64,000 nt of DNA, taken from the NCBI RefSeq assembly GCF_032191835.1, contig NC_083230.1, positions 23,498,001 to 23,562,000 of the forward strand. The letters are read 5' to 3'. The notes beneath the pieces are model-generated. The model saw only the letters and a list, made by a program, of their open reading frames with translations, ran no database searches and was not told the origin of the DNA. The translations under genes were made by a program, and so were the position numbers. Positions 24,190 through 37,554 of the stretch are shown here, piece after piece. This DNA is from Heteronotia binoei (taxonomy: Eukaryota). Within the stretch, counting starts at the first letter, position 1, and each line of letters starts with the position of its first letter.

Positions 24190-26250
24190 GACATTAAAAG
24201 ATCATGCCCCCATATCAAAAGACTTCTGTAGTAGGGGAGGATAGACCTTATATTGTTGGGAGATGGATAATTTCTTTCAAGATCCTTGTGGAGCTACCAA
24301 TCATAAAATGGTGGCTGGGGGGGCGGGCAGTCTCTAAATGGTGACTCCTTGAAAATATATATTGCTTCAGAGCAGATCTGCAGTGCTTTTGTGGGGGAAT
24401 ATTTCTTCTGCTCTTTTTTCCTAAAGTAAACCACCCCCCCAAAACTAACTTGCACCAAGTGGGATTCCCAGCACTTGAATTTGCCTGTGGGGTTGTAACT
24501 CTAGGGAGGGCTTTTGTATGGCACATATCTGACTTAACTAGGAATGTCAAGTGTGTTTATTATACAGGTAGGGTTACAGGCCAAATAAAGGTGGCTGCTC
24601 ATATCTGTCTGGATTTCTTCAGGATTTTAATGTCAAGGCCTTCTGGAGCAAGCATTGGCTTGCAGGACATTATTTTCAGGTTCAATCTGATGCTGCAGGT
24701 GCCCACAGTTTTGGCATTTACTTCCAAGGTAATTGGTGTGCCAAAGTGTTGACTGAGGGCCTGGAACAGGAAGGAGTGCTTAGGCATCTTATCTTCCATG
24801 AGTCGTTCCCTACAGTGGTACCAGTGCATTTTGGCAGGTGTTTTAACGCTGCAGTAGTCCTATTCCGGTGACAACAGTGCAGTGTTGCAGATAGTTAACC
24901 AGTAGACAACTAGGAATCTCAGGGTGTAACAGCTATTGAGGGTTTTGTTTTTGTATTTTTGTACTATGCTTGAGGTACAATATACTCTTTAAGGCAAGGC
25001 ACGTTCCAGGTTTAGATAATGGCATTGCTATTGCTCTGTCTTGATACCAGGGCCAGCATTTTTGCAAGCTGGTGCCAGGTGCAGATGTGCACGTGATGCC
25101 AATGCCAGCCAAGTTGTGCGGGCTTGAGAGTTTGAGGCACAGTGTGCAGTGTTGGTGTCATTCGTTCCAGGTACAAGGGCAGCCTATGCCCCAGCTTTGT
25201 AAGGAGTTTTTTTTTTAGGATTTAGGGACAGGGTAGGCCAAGAATAAGCTTGGCTTGTGCCAGTTGCCAACATTCATTAGTTTTTAATGGCACTGTAGGC
25301 TAAGTGTTGGACAGCTAGGACTATGAAGGGCTGTCTGGCTGCCTTGATTTTAAGCGGAAAGGCAGAAGGTCATAGTGATAATACAACCAACTTTAGAATT
25401 AGGGAGATGCTTGAGGCACCCATCTGCCCTGGAGTCCATGAGGCTTTTAGTAGGGGTATATAGAACATGGAGTTCAGATTCAGGTGAGGTAAAATTGTTT
25501 CATGCTACAGTGTTGACTGCTCGTTTTGCTGCTCTGTGCATCAGTGGGTTGCTGACCACCTTCCGTGGAATGCATTGCCTTGCAGGTGCTGTACCTTAAG
25601 CTTTTTCAAGATAAGGCACTGCTGGTGATCCATAAGGCTAAAATGGACTATTGGGGCAGGGGGCACCCCAATGGTGGAACCAGCTACCAGAGGAGGTGAG
25701 GGCCCTATGGGATCTCAATCAGTTCCGTAGGGCTTGCAAAACCGCCCTCTTCCAACTAGCTTTCTAAAATAGAACCTGGTAGTAACATCAAGCCATCTTT
25801 GTACATATTGAGATTGTGGCACCATTGCGTTATACTGGTTTTAGATTATTTATTTAATATATTTAACTTATGAATTGTATTTTAACTGTATTATTCTTGT
25901 TTTTACTGTTATAACATGGTCTATACCATGTCCTGTAAGCCGCCCTGAGCCTGCCTTGGCGGGGAGGGCGGGGTATAAATAAAAATTTATTATTATTATT
26001 TATTATGTGGTTCGAGGGACTCCTGGGGATCCTGAGCTCTGCCCAGTGCAGACATTCACAAGATCGTGGGACTGTGACTCAGGTTACCTACTGCAGCACA
26101 CAGGCAGGTCGCCTTTGATACAGTATGAGTTTTAGACTGTTATGGAGCAGACACTTGCTGAAGAAGTCAGTGCGCAAGTTGGAAACCCACTCTTTCAGAA
26201 TAGGATCAGTGTTGTGTATGTGGACTAATGTGAATAGTAACATGTGTTTT
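24190..26250 (+). mobile_element. Degenerate Ngaro/DIRS tyrosine-recombinase retrotransposon
   Basis: RT/connection FACGVVTLGRAF; RNase H SDAAGAHSFGIYFQGNWCA and FKARHVPGLDNGIAIALS; YR EVKLFHATVLTARFAALCISGL, LCPV...SPLIQYEF and THSFRIG; many stops and frameshifts. Confidence 0.8.
25690..26005 (+). mobile_element. 5'-truncated L2 inserted into the Ngaro YR gene
   Basis: tcaatcagttccgtagggcttgcaaaaccgccctcttcc...gccgccctgagcc...gggcggggtataaat and (tta)n tail. Confidence 0.85.
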
Positions 26251-27849
26251 CCTGCCTGGCTCACTGGAGCCTTAAGGACTGAGCTTGGGGACTCAGGAAC
26301 AATGGGCAGCAGGATCCAAATCCCTGCTGCCCTGCTCCAATCACGGGCCCCCTGCTGGTTTGAATGATCCAATGGCATCCTAGTGTGGGAACCTTGAAGT
26401 GTATATAGTTGGCCTCGTTGGCCCAGTTGAGCAGTCTTTGAGTTCAGTCCTTGCCTTGCTGTACTTAATAAAAGAGCTATGATCTCTGCAACCTCGCCTC
26501 TTCCATGCATTGAACCCACTATATTATAATCAGCCTCTACAGCTTCATGGCTGGGGTTGTCAGTGCAATTCACAGGATTGGCTGACGGTGCTTGGGGCCC
26601 TTTAAGTCTTATATTAGATTATCTGAACTCAAGATTGTGAATGATGGGCATGAGATTTGGTGGTGTTTTGCAACTTTGGTCTAAAAAGTAAGGATTGGAC
26701 CAAACATGGTGTCAAGCTCACCTGAAGACCTGAGGTGACCAGGAACAGCACTTGCAGAGCCCAGAAGGCAGTGAAAAGATCAATGCTAGGGCTTGGAGAA
26801 AGCGGCAGCATATGGGAGACTTGCCTGCAGCTCCTGTGGAATGGGGCCATAGATGTCAGCTTGAACATCGGCCTTGCCCTGTGAGCTGATCTGGCTGTTG
26901 GTCCCGCTACCATGACACCCTTATACAGCATCTCCTTATCTCATCATGCTACCACCTGACATTGTTTGAGACAGAGGAGGCAACAGGAGGATCCTCCTGT
27001 AACCTTTGCAAGGCAACCAGGGAGTTGACCAGAACATTGGTCCATTCACCATGGCACCTCTCCAGCTGGCCGCAGCATTCATCTAGCTTGCCACAGCATC
27101 CTGTTTCATCACTGTGGGGTGCCCTACCCACAATTTCAGGCAGTTGAGCAGAACTATCCTTGCCTTAGCTGTAGGGCTTTTTAGCTTTACCACAATCTTC
27201 ATAATGGGTCAGTGAGGCCTGGAGGGGAAGCTGAAGCAGAACCAGTGGGGTCTGGAGGGGAGACAAGAATCATGGTGGGACCTATTTGGAGGACCAGGGG
27301 CCCACAGGAACAACTGGTCTGGACAGACTTGGGATGGGAAGTCACTTGTTGCTGCCAAGGGACACTGTGGTGGCGCTGTGCTTGTATGCCTTAGAGGGGT
27401 AAGAACTGAAGTGGACTATCCTACCACATTCTGCTGGACCTCAACCCAACCCCCCTCAATGGGGACTTACCTGGCCCGAAGGACTGTGTGGGTGACGCTA
27501 CCCAGTGGTCAATGGATTTGGATTGCCCCCAAAGATTTGAGTGGATTCAGATGTTTTGGAGTGCTTGTGAGGAGCTGTGGACTTTAAATACCATCATCTA
27601 TCACTGCTTGGATAGCTGTAACTTCATATCCAGGGATTCTAGAACATCAGGCGATGCTTGTTTTCTTTCTTTGTGTTCCCTAAATTTTGTGTCTAAATTT
27701 TAAATTTTGGTCTAATTAGGTAATGACAGGAAGTGTTTTCCCACCCATTATTTAAATTTATTAGTCTTACTAAGTGGGGAGGAGATAGTAAGAGGGAGGT
27801 TTGAGTGGGAGGAGTATAGGAGTTTTAATTCTGCCTGACTGAATGCAAA

Positions 27850-28520
27850 CTGAATGTTTTTGGACCATACCGCTCCATGTGCATCCCTCCCAAAGCTGCA
27901 TGCTCAGTGGAAGAGGACGACCATCCAGGTAGAAGGAGTGTACCATTCTTTGGTCAAAGGTAGATATGGAGGCCCAAGTCATGCATACATACAAGCTGGC
28001 ATTTTTCCATCTACGCCAAGCTCAGCAACTGGCCCATTTCCTGTCATGCCCTGATCTAGCCATGGTAATCCATGCAATGGTCACCTCCAGATTAGATTAC
28101 TGTAACTCGCTGCCCTTGAAACTGACCTGCAAGCTCCAACTGGTCCAGAATGCAGTCGTGTGAGTCCTGTCAGGAATGTCATGAGATGGCACATATACAT
28201 CCTGTGCTGTGTCTGCTACACTGTCTCCCAGTGGAATACCAAGTCAAGTCCAAGGTTTTGGTATTGACCTATAAGGCCTTGACTGGCCAGGGACCAACAT
28301 ACCTATGGGACTGTCTCCTTCATTACGTTCCTTAGACAGCAATCTATTGGTGGTACCCTGCCCCAAAGACATCTTGCTGTCTTCAACCAGGGCCAGGACC
28401 TTTTCATTCCTGGCCCAGCCTGGTGGAACTCTTTGCCAAATACCATCAGGGCCCTGCAGGATCTGACACAATTCCACAGGGCTTGCAAGATGGAGATGTC
28501 CTGCCAGACTTCTGGTTGAG
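27850..28520 (+). mobile_element. L2 LINE ORF2 3' region (degenerate)
   Basis: AFFHLRQAQQLAHFLSCPDLAMVIHAMVTSRLDYCNS...KLQLVQNA and HIHPVLCLLHCLPVEYQVKSKVLVLTYKAL. Confidence 0.85.
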
Positions 28521-30134
28521 GAGAGTAATTATTCCATCTTGGATGGCACCCTCCTCTGCTGTTTACATCTGGCTTGCCCTGTTCCCCCCTTCTCGCAAAT
28601 TACCTGGAAGTTTGAATTGGGATTGACTACTTTGCTTTCAGGGCCAGTCTTGACGTGAAGGAGTGGAATCCGTGTTTCTCAGGTCATCCCAATTTACATC
28701 TAAAGTGGGAAGTGGGGGTTATTTTTTTTTTAATGAGCATGGATATGAAGGGAGCTCTTCTTCACCCTTTACTCTATTTAGCAATGCTGTGGTCTGTTAT
28801 TTCAAAAGTCTTTCCTCCATACTGGCTCTGATGCCAAAAGTAAGCTGGGCTAGATGAAAGTTGCTTCAAATAGCAGAACACAGCAAGGTACCTTGAGAGG
28901 AGGAGCAGAATTTAGTTCCCTTAAGCTGTGTGCTCCAGCGGACACTGCCTTCCACATATGAATATGTAGCGATGCGAAGAAATGTACTTGGATTCCTCCA
29001 GTCGCATCTACTTTGGCACTCATTCAACTATGGTAGAAGTAAGACAGGGAGTTAAGCAGTCATAGATTCAAAACCAGATGAAAGCTACAGCTCAAAGAAG
29101 CTTACTCAGGAGTAACTTCTGTAGAACTCAGACTCATTAATTTTGTAAGTATATTGGGGTCACATTATCAGTCTGATGCAAAATGGCTGAACACCTGTCC
29201 TTGAGTCAGGTGAGTCTTCGGAACTTTAACAGCATCATAACACAAAACAACGGGTTTATCTTGATCATCACTTTGATCCTGGCTTTTTAAAAAAGCCAAT
29301 TAAAACATGTCTTTTAAGCTAGCTGATTTCAGCGAGGTAGCTGTATAGTCTGTGGCAGAAACACACGAAGGAGGGGTTTTTTTTAGCACTTTATTGGCTC
29401 ATAGGCCGCCAGTGTAAAACTAGGCCGTATTGTTCCATTCTAGGCTAATAAAAAATCAGAGAGCAGAGCTGCAGTTACATTTCTTTTTTTAAAATCCAAA
29501 TAATAGAATGAAGCATTTTGAAATGCAACCCGGAGACACAAATTACATTGCCAATTAGCTCCGAAAATCTTCAGCTCTGATACACATTGTCTTCCTACCA
29601 GCCATACCAAACAAAAAGCCTGTGCAGTAAACAGACATGCAATTAAATGATCTTCCATTATGTTCAGAAACAAGATAAGTGCATGATCTCCAAACACATC
29701 TTACAATAATAAAACATTACCATAGAAACAGAAACAATAGAAACCAACGAAACTAATCAAAAGAAATCAAGTACTATCTTCTTTCTGGTGGTTAAAAAAA
29801 AAATCCCTATGTGGCAAATACTTTCTTTATTGGTTGTGATTTTCGTGGGTCTTTCAAGAACTGATGATTCTGTGATTGCTAAAAAGATGGCCAGTGACAA
29901 CTGGAGGCAGATCGTAGCAGAGATTCTTTAACAGTTAACAAAGTTCTGATAATAGGTGGGATGCAGCCAGATTTCTCATTCATTCTTGCCCAATTCAATG
30001 CATTACAGCCACCATCTGATAAGGTTTTTGTCGATCTGGGTTCCCTACTCTCTAGCATGGTCACTTTTGGAGGTCAATGGGAGCCTTTCCTTTTTTCACA
30101 AGTAGATATGCTCCCCTCCTCTTCATCATTGCCT

Positions 30135-30245
30135 TAGAATCATAAAATCATACAATTACAGAGTTGGAAGGGGCCATCTAGTCCAAACCCCTGTCCAATG
30201 CAGGATCAGCCACTCTAGAGCATCTCTGAAAAGTGTTTGTCCAGT
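30135..30245 (-). mobile_element. CR1 3' end fragment
   Basis: agaatcata...agagttggaaggggccatctagtccaaacccctg, similar to 31665 onward. Confidence 0.65.
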
Positions 30246-30528
30246 CATTGAAGAAGAAGATATTGGATTTATATCCCGCCCTCCACTCCGAAGAGTCTCA
30301 GAGCAGCTCACAATCTCCTTTACCTTCCTCCCCCACAACAGACACCCTGTGAGGTGGGTGGGGCTGGAGAGGGCTCTCCCAGCAGCTGCCCTTTCAAGGA
30401 CAACCTCTGCCAGAGCTATGGCTGACCCAAGGCCATTCCAGCAGGTGCAAGTGGAGGAATGGGGAATCAAACCCGGTTCTCCCAGATAAGAGTCCGCACA
30501 CTTAACCACTACAACTGGCTCTCTACAC
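30246..30528 (-). mobile_element. tRNA-derived SINE with L2-type tail (full length)
   Basis: Minus-strand tRNA-like head (tgtagtggttaag...gggtttgattcccc), 3' end gggcgggatataaatccaatatc(ttc)n; Squam3-like, name uncertain. Confidence 0.85.
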
Positions 30529-30659
30529 CAAACTGGCTCTCTATGTTGCTTATGTTGTTGTTGACTGCTCAACATTTATGGTACATTGGCTCTAACCATT
30601 TATCTGCACCTCTATTTTTTTGGATCAAAATTGCAAGGAACACAATAACAACATCATTC

Positions 30660-31020
30660 AGCACATATGCTTGTGAATATGGCAAAAAGCTAGACTCTAG
30701 GAGACCTCATAAATACTCTCACGCCTTGTGTAAATTGATCTCTATTAGAAAACTCCTTTTTTTGGTCCTATATCAACTGGTACACCCTTGGTGCACCTTC
30801 CTCTTCTCAGAAATGCTTCACTCAGTCTCCCCTCTCTCTCCGCTAGAGATGTAATTAGGAAACTATCTCTGTCTCTCTTCTTTCCTATCAAGTAGGTTAG
30901 TTCCTAAATAAAACTTTATCTACTCTTTAATCAGACTGTGCGCTGTTGCTGTGTTATGATTGCCCAGATTAACTGCATGTCTGATTAAAGGTAGAAAAAT
31001 TGCTCCAGGCTCTGGCACAA
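30660..31020 (+). mobile_element. Possible solo LTR
   Basis: TATA-like cctatatcaa, CT-rich R-like region, aataaaactttatc, ends in CA; no TSD found. Confidence 0.3.
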
Positions 31021-31664
31021 GTGATCGGGACACAGAGACAATTATGTAATTAGTCAAGTGAAAAGCCAGAATTTAACTAAATGCGTGCAAATGAGCAGAT
31101 CTCCTCACGAAGAAAGGTATCTCTAATGTGGCAGAGCAGATTGGGACAAGACCGAGGTTTTAACAAGCAGCATGGCACAAGCCAAACACACAGATATCAC
31201 TGTGTATCAGTTCTAGGGGGTGCCAAACATTGCCTTTTCCTGCAAAGACTGTCTGATGCTGATGTAAGCTGTTCTGAGTTAATGCACGTATGGCACAACT
31301 AGCCCACTTAGTGTTGCAGACCTAGTTCTGCCCACTCCTTTCAGTTGCCAACTCCTAGATGGAGCTATGCCGCTTCCTGCCACTTAGGGTATCACTGTCA
31401 CCACTGTCCTTTCGTAATCTTCCTGCCGGGAGGGACAGACTCCTGACCCTCTTGTCAACCTGAAGTTCCTCCTCTGGTCTTCTGTAACCCAGCAACTGGT
31501 TACCAAAGGGACCAAATTCCTTCTTTAGGGTTCCCCCGGAGTGTTGGCAACAGGTGCCTTGACCACTTCCCTCCCAGTTTGGGGCCCCCTCTGGCAAATA
31601 ATAATGTGTCCAAGCTGTTGGAGAACTATGTGGCCAGGAGAACACTGCCAGAATCACAATGTAA

Positions 31665-32252
31665 TAGAATCATAGAGTAGAAAGGGACCTCCAAGGTCAT
31701 CTCGTCCAACCCCCTGCACAATGCAGGAAACTCACAAATACCTCCCCCTAAATTCACAGGATCTGCATTGCTGTCAGATGGCCATCTAGCCTAGGTTTGT
31801 TTTTAAACAAACCTCCAAGGAAGGCGATCCCACCACTTCCTGAGGAAGTCTGTTCCATTGAGGAATCGCTCTGTCAGGAAGTTCTTCCTAATGTTGAGCC
31901 AGAAACTCTTCTGATTTAATTTCAAGTCACTGGTTCTGATCCGACCTTCTGGGGCCACAGAAAACAATTCTGCACCATCCTCTATATGACAGCCTTTCAA
32001 GTACTTAAAGATGGTGATCATATCACCTCTCAGTTGCCTCCTCTCCAGACGAAACAGGCCCAGCTCCTTCAACCTTTCTTCATAGGACTTGTTCTCCAGA
32101 CCCCTCACTATCATCATCGCCCTCCTCTGGACCCGTTCCAGCTTGTCTGTATTCTTAAAATGTGGTGCCCAAAACTGAACACAATACTCCAGGTGAGGTC
32201 TTACCAGAGCAGAGTAAAGTGATACCATCCATTCATGTGATCTGGACACTAT
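31665..32252 (-). mobile_element. CR1 LINE 3' fragment
   Basis: ORF LYSALVRPHLEYCVQFWAPHFK...EERLKELGLFRLERRQLRGDMITIFKYLKG. Confidence 0.95.
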
Positions 32253-32256
32253 ACTT

Positions 32257-32457
32257 GAACATATGACCATATGAAGCTGCCTTATACTGAATCAGACCCT
32301 CAGTCCATCAAAGTCAGTATTGTCTACTCAGACTGGCAGCGGCTCTCCAGTGTCTCAAGCTGAGGTTTTTCACGCCTGTTTGTCTGGACCCTTTTTAGTT
32401 GAAGATGCCAGGGACTGAACTTGGGACCTTCTGCTTACTAAGCAGATGTTCTACCAC
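32257..32457 (-). mobile_element. tRNA-derived SINE
   Basis: Reverse-complement homolog of 20679-20894. Confidence 0.88.
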
Positions 32458-32459
32458 TT

Positions 32460-32905
32460 TTTTTTGTTTATTATTTATTTTAAAACACGTAAAAACAAAA
32501 GAACAATAATTACACATTATTACCAGAATATTCTCTAGTACAGATGATATAACCATTGGGTATATAATATGAAGAAGCTGTTCCATACAGATCAGGAAAG
32601 TATAATTGTCTTATGTATTACACATTTGTTTATTGACTCCGTGTACAGTGTCCACATCAATTCTATCTAAAACTGGGTACCATTTTGCGTAAAACTTTTG
32701 CGCTGCCTTTATAGGATCATGAGAATCTAAATCTGCAGTAATTTTCTCCAGTGCAATGTACTCCCATACCCAACATTCCATACTCGGAACCTGAGGCGAA
32801 TTCCAATTGTGTGCAATAGTAGTTTTGGCTGCCATTTTGAGGGAGATAAGTAGCGAGATTTTGGACGGTGAAGCATCAACTCTTTGCCAGTTATTACATG
32901 TTACT
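32460..32905 (-). mobile_element. L1 LINE 3' fragment
   Basis: LKMAAKTTIAHNWNSPQVPS...WEYIALEKIT...KFYAKWYPV is an L1 ORF2 C-terminus pattern; T-rich tail near 32458-32480. Confidence 0.7.
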
Positions 32906-34011
32906 CTGTAGTTCCAAGCAGCAAGCACTCCAGCCAATGGAAACTTCTGTATGTCCCTGCCATTGCTGTGACTGCTTCCCCCTGCATAGAAGGATTCTAG
33001 ATCAGGCTTCCCCAAGAAGCTGTCAAGCCATGCAGAACACCACTGCAATCCTGTCCACTGAAGACAGCGTATAAACACAGGTTTAACCAGAAGGCATGAT
33101 GGAGGGATCCTACATCCATCTTTTTCCTGTACAGCCATGAAGGTAAAATAAAAGCAGCTCATACTCTGGGGGTGTCAAGGCAGATGCAAATGGAGTAGCT
33201 CGCAGTTGAACAAAAGAGCTTGCTACCGGGCCTGCACCTAACAAAAAGACTGTTCCTGCCAGCTGTTGAGGAGATCCTGGACACAAAGAAGCCTAAAAGA
33301 AAGATCGTTGCTGAGGACATAATCCTGCCTTGCAGACCATTCCCATTGTGTTAGCTATGGTGTTACAGTAGATTACAGTGTGGCTCTAAATTGACCGATT
33401 CTTTCCTTTGTTTAAGGCAGTTTACCTTAGGTAAACTCATCATGACCCATTGATCTGGTTAACCCTCTGGGAGCCTCCCCCTTTCTGCTCCTTTTTGTGA
33501 CATCAGAAGTCACATGTATTGGTGTCATGCAGTGTCATAAGTCACATGACCTCCAGGTCAGGAGTCACTTGATACCATAGCCTGGAGACACAAATCTGGT
33601 AATATAAGGCCAGTTTAGTGTGTCTTGTCTTACCCTACCGCAGACATGCACCCCCAAACTCTGTTTGGGCTACTCTCCACCTTCATGTCTTCTGCTTCAA
33701 GGATCCATGGACCAGGTATTATTACCCTCCCCCCCCCACACACACACAATTATTCCTAAAAGCCTCTATGCTTCACCACTTATTTCCTAGTCTCTTTTTA
33801 TGAATGTTTGATTGCATATGTGTAATTGTATTTCACACACACACACATATATATCTAAGTAAACATTTTAAAATATATTTAGTCTGGAGTCTGCTTTCTG
33901 AAACTGCACCTCTGTAAATTGGTAAAAGATCTCTCCTAAGCTCTACCTTTGGTCTACTTTTTGCTAATTCCCCCATCAAAAGAGTAGAACTCAGCAATTT
34001 TGCATACAACA
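32905..34011 (+). mobile_element. Probable long LTR
   Basis: TATA-like aatataaggcc (~33600), U5-like AT-rich end terminating caaca; interrupts L1; no TSD found, boundaries approximate. Confidence 0.4.
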
Positions 34012-34181
34012 GAGTCAAGCTGAGAGGACAGTCTGTGGCTGAGAGAAGGATCCCTCACTCAGAGATAGAGTAACAGGCCGTAGATCCTGGTATAGAAGGC
34101 TGTGGACCATGAAGACTAACAGGCTAAGGGAAGTATAGGTAGCCGCGTTAGGGTTTATTTTTATTTACCTTTATACATTGT

Positions 34182-34410
34182 TATTGACAATTCTGTATCC
34201 TGTTTCTGTCTTCTACTGTATTTGCAACCCCTCCCAATTGAGTATCTTCTGCAAATTTAATAAGCATTCCCTCTATTCCTTCATCCAAATCATTTATAAA
34301 GATGTTGAACAAAACAGGCCTCAAGACAGATGTTTGAGGCACTCCACTTGCCACTCCTCTTCAAGAGGATGAGAAACCATTCACAAGCACTCTTTGGGTG
34401 CAATCTGTCA
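34182..34410 (-). mobile_element. CR1 RT fragment
   Basis: Minus frame reads TQRVLVNGFSSS...[29 protein letters not shown]. Confidence 0.85.
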
Positions 34411-35665
34411 ATAATAATATTTATTGTAAAGAAAAAGTTTACATGTACACTTTTAACCCAGAACCAGATTAGCAAAATGAATAATAATAAAAAAAAATGG
34501 GAATAAACACAATCCTCCTTTCCCTCTTCTAACACATACCCTAGCTAGATGTTGCAACCAGAGTAGGTATAATAAGACTTAGAAAGTTGCAAGCCCCTTT
34601 TTAAAAATAGCCCCTTTTAAAAGTCAGTTCCAGCAAGGAAGGCATTTCATCACAGCATGGTAGCTGTTGCAAATGTTTATAGTAGCTCTTATACCTTTTC
34701 ATTGCATTGTTTTCTAATTTTTTATCACGTTGACTCTTAGCCAAGAAGGCAGACTATAAATAAAAGTCAACAAACAGCAGCCAACTTTCAAACTGAACCA
34801 GGAAAATCACAAAATTTGGAAACATCCCTATTGGCCATCAACCCTGTTCTCCTCAAATGTTTTGCTTACTATTGACAATCAGCCGACACGAACACCAAAG
34901 CAATTAGAACAATTTAGAGATGCTTGTGAATTCCTCCCTGGTAGGAATTCTCCCTTTACGAATTCTTCTCCTCTTCTGATTCATATTGTTCAACTCATAG
35001 AATGAAATGGCATGCATATTCCTACTGCTGATTTTTTCTTTGTGTGTCCCATTTTAGAGGGGAGTGCTCCTTGACTATATAACATCATTACAGAAAGATT
35101 ATAGAATAATGGACTGTAACCCATCAAATGCATGTGAAGCATATAAAAATATGTGTCTAAATGTGCATTATGCAGTCATCCAAATGTACTGCGCAAATAC
35201 TGAGTAGAAGGAATCACATCCATCCAACTCTCAATTTTTATATAACTTTCACGATAGTTTTAGTTTGTATATTGAATGGCTGGGTAATATTGATGTCTAA
35301 TTATTGTGCGGGTATTAAATTGAAGCACGTGAACTTCTGTACCTGACAGTGTCAGAAACTCACTAACCTAGAAGTGGAATAATTTAGGAACCAAAATGTA
35401 AGAAAAAAATGAGGCACGCTTCAAGGATCAGCTTCGTTATCCAAAAGACAAGCAATGCCATTAAGCATTTCTGTTCTAATATGAATGTATAAATGCTAGA
35501 ATCTTATTTTTAGTTCATCATAAAAGTTTGTCTTTTAAATGTGGGGGTGGACCTTTACTAAAGTGACTGAAGTATATTAAGAAAATTTAATTTGCAAAAC
35601 TGGCAGATCCTCTGTTTTCAAAATGGCATTTATGAATTGCTCATTTATCCAAGCTGTGCTTGTCC

Positions 35666-36286
35666 TGTCTGTTGTGGGGGAGGAAGGTAAAGGAGATTGT
35701 GAGCCGCTCTGAGACTCTTTGGAGTGGAGGGCGGGATATAAATCCAATATCTTCGTCTACCTCACAGGGTGTCTGTTGTGGGGGAGGAAGGTAAAGGAGA
35801 TTGTGAGCCGCTCTGAGACTCTTTGGAGTGGAGGGCGGGATATAAATCCAATATCTTCGTCTACCTCACAGGGTGTCTGTTGTGGGGGAGGAAGGTAAAG
35901 GAGATTGTGAGCCGCTCTGAGACTCTTTGGAGTGGAGGGCGGGATATAAATCCAATATCTTCGTCTACCTCACAGGGTGTCTGTTGTGGGGGAGGAAGGG
36001 AAAGGAGATTGTGAGCCGCTCTGAGACTCTTCGGAGTGGAGGGCGGAATATAGATCCAATATCTTCATCTACCTCACAGGGTGTCTGTTGTGAGGGAGGA
36101 AGGTAAAGGAGATTGTGAGCCACTCTGAGACTCTTCGGAGTGGAGGGCGGGATATAAATCCAATATCTTCATCTACCTCACAGGGTGTCTGTTGTGGGGG
36201 AGGGAGGTAAAGGAGATTGTGAGCCGCTCTGAGACTCTTCGGAGTGGAGGGCGGGATATAAATCCAATATCTTCTTCTTCTTCTTC
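35666..36286 (+). repeat. Tandem array of six 104-bp SINE 3' ends
   Basis: Units start at 35666, 35770, 35874, 35978, 36082 and 36186; the last ends in (ctt)n; the unit matches the 3' part of the SINE at 30246. Confidence 0.95.
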
Positions 36287-36414
36287 CTGTCTTGAAGCTG
36301 GCTTGTTGCTGTGCCCTGGGACAAGGCCATTATAGTTTCCCCAGGGATGTCCTTGGGTTGAGTGTAAAGGCATTCTCTGAAATTCTGCACTTTCTAGGCA
36401 TGTACAGCCCAAAT

Positions 36415-36616
36415 TCATATGGACATATGAAGCTGCCTTATGCGGAATCAGATCCTCGGTTCATCAAAGTCAGTATTGTCTATGCTCTCCAGGGTCTCAA
36501 GCTGAGATTTTTCATGCCTATTTGCCTGGACCCTCTTTAGTTGGAGATGTCGGGGATTGAACCAGGGACCTTCTTCTTCCCAAGCAGATGCTCTTCCGCT
36601 GAGCCACTGTTCCTCC
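36415..36616 (-). mobile_element. tRNA-derived SINE
   Basis: Reverse-complement homolog of 20679-20894. Confidence 0.85.
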
Positions 36617-37263
36617 TTAGATTGAACTACTTTGTTTCCCTGACTAAGCTGGACTAGCATACAGTGTCCCCCTCTAAACTGTGAGTGGGAGTGGCCAGTC
36701 GTTAACACAGGAAGCCCCACTCAGTAGCAATCTGGAGTCATGCAGGGTCTTGCATCGCCCGTTTTAAAATTACAGCAGTTATACTCTGCTCAGGATGTGA
36801 ACTGCTCCACTCGAGGGGGGAGGGGAGGAATTAAAGGGAACATTGCTAGCAAGCACATCACTGCTATTAGATTTATAAAACCACTACAGATTCTTGCCCT
36901 GCTTACAGCTACAGCAGCCTTGCAAATGTCCATAGGCAGCCCACAAAGCCATAGGCCAGCCTGCTGTCCCACACACGCCTGGGCAAGCCATTTCTAGCAC
37001 AGAAACAGAAGCCATTCTCATCCACCTGACAAGTGTTTCCCCCACCTATCTGACTGCAGACCCATTTGTGGGGAGGGATCTGTTTCAGGGGATCACCACG
37101 AATGTCAAAATTCCCTCTAAAACTTTATTGTTTAAATGATGTAGTGGCAAGTTAAAAACAGGCCGAAGACTAAATCATGCAATCCAATTGCAGCCTGCAA
37201 AGAAGCGGAATTCGAAGTTGCAAGGATGCCAGCAGCAGGGGGTCTACTGAACTTGCAGGTCAC

Positions 37264-37449
37264 CAGGGCTTTTTTTTTTTGTAGCAGGAACTCCCTTGCA
37301 TATTAGGCCACACACCCCCGATGCAGCCAATCCTCCTGGAGCCCACAGTAGGCCCTGTACTAAGAGCCCTGTAAGTTCATGAAGGATTGGCCACATCAAG
37401 GGTGCGTGACCCAATATTCAAAGGAGGTCCTGCTACAAAAAAAGCCCTG
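37264..37449. mobile_element. Palindromic MITE (hAT-like), CAGGGCTTTTTT TIR
   Basis: Imperfect 186-bp palindrome; degenerate 8-bp flanks caggtcac and aaggtaat. Confidence 0.75.
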
Positions 37450-37554
37450 AAGGTAATCAAAGGAAGGCCAGTTGTCCAGCCTTGCAAACTCAAATGACAG
37501 ATCACAAGGAGGAAGTGGAACTGATGCTGGAATCTAGTCTGTGAGTCTCTAAGG

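Noticed and set aside
35666-36286. Regularly spaced repeats resembling a CRISPR array
   Set aside because: There are no unique spacers, the units are whole SINE 3' ends, and the context is eukaryotic with no cas genes
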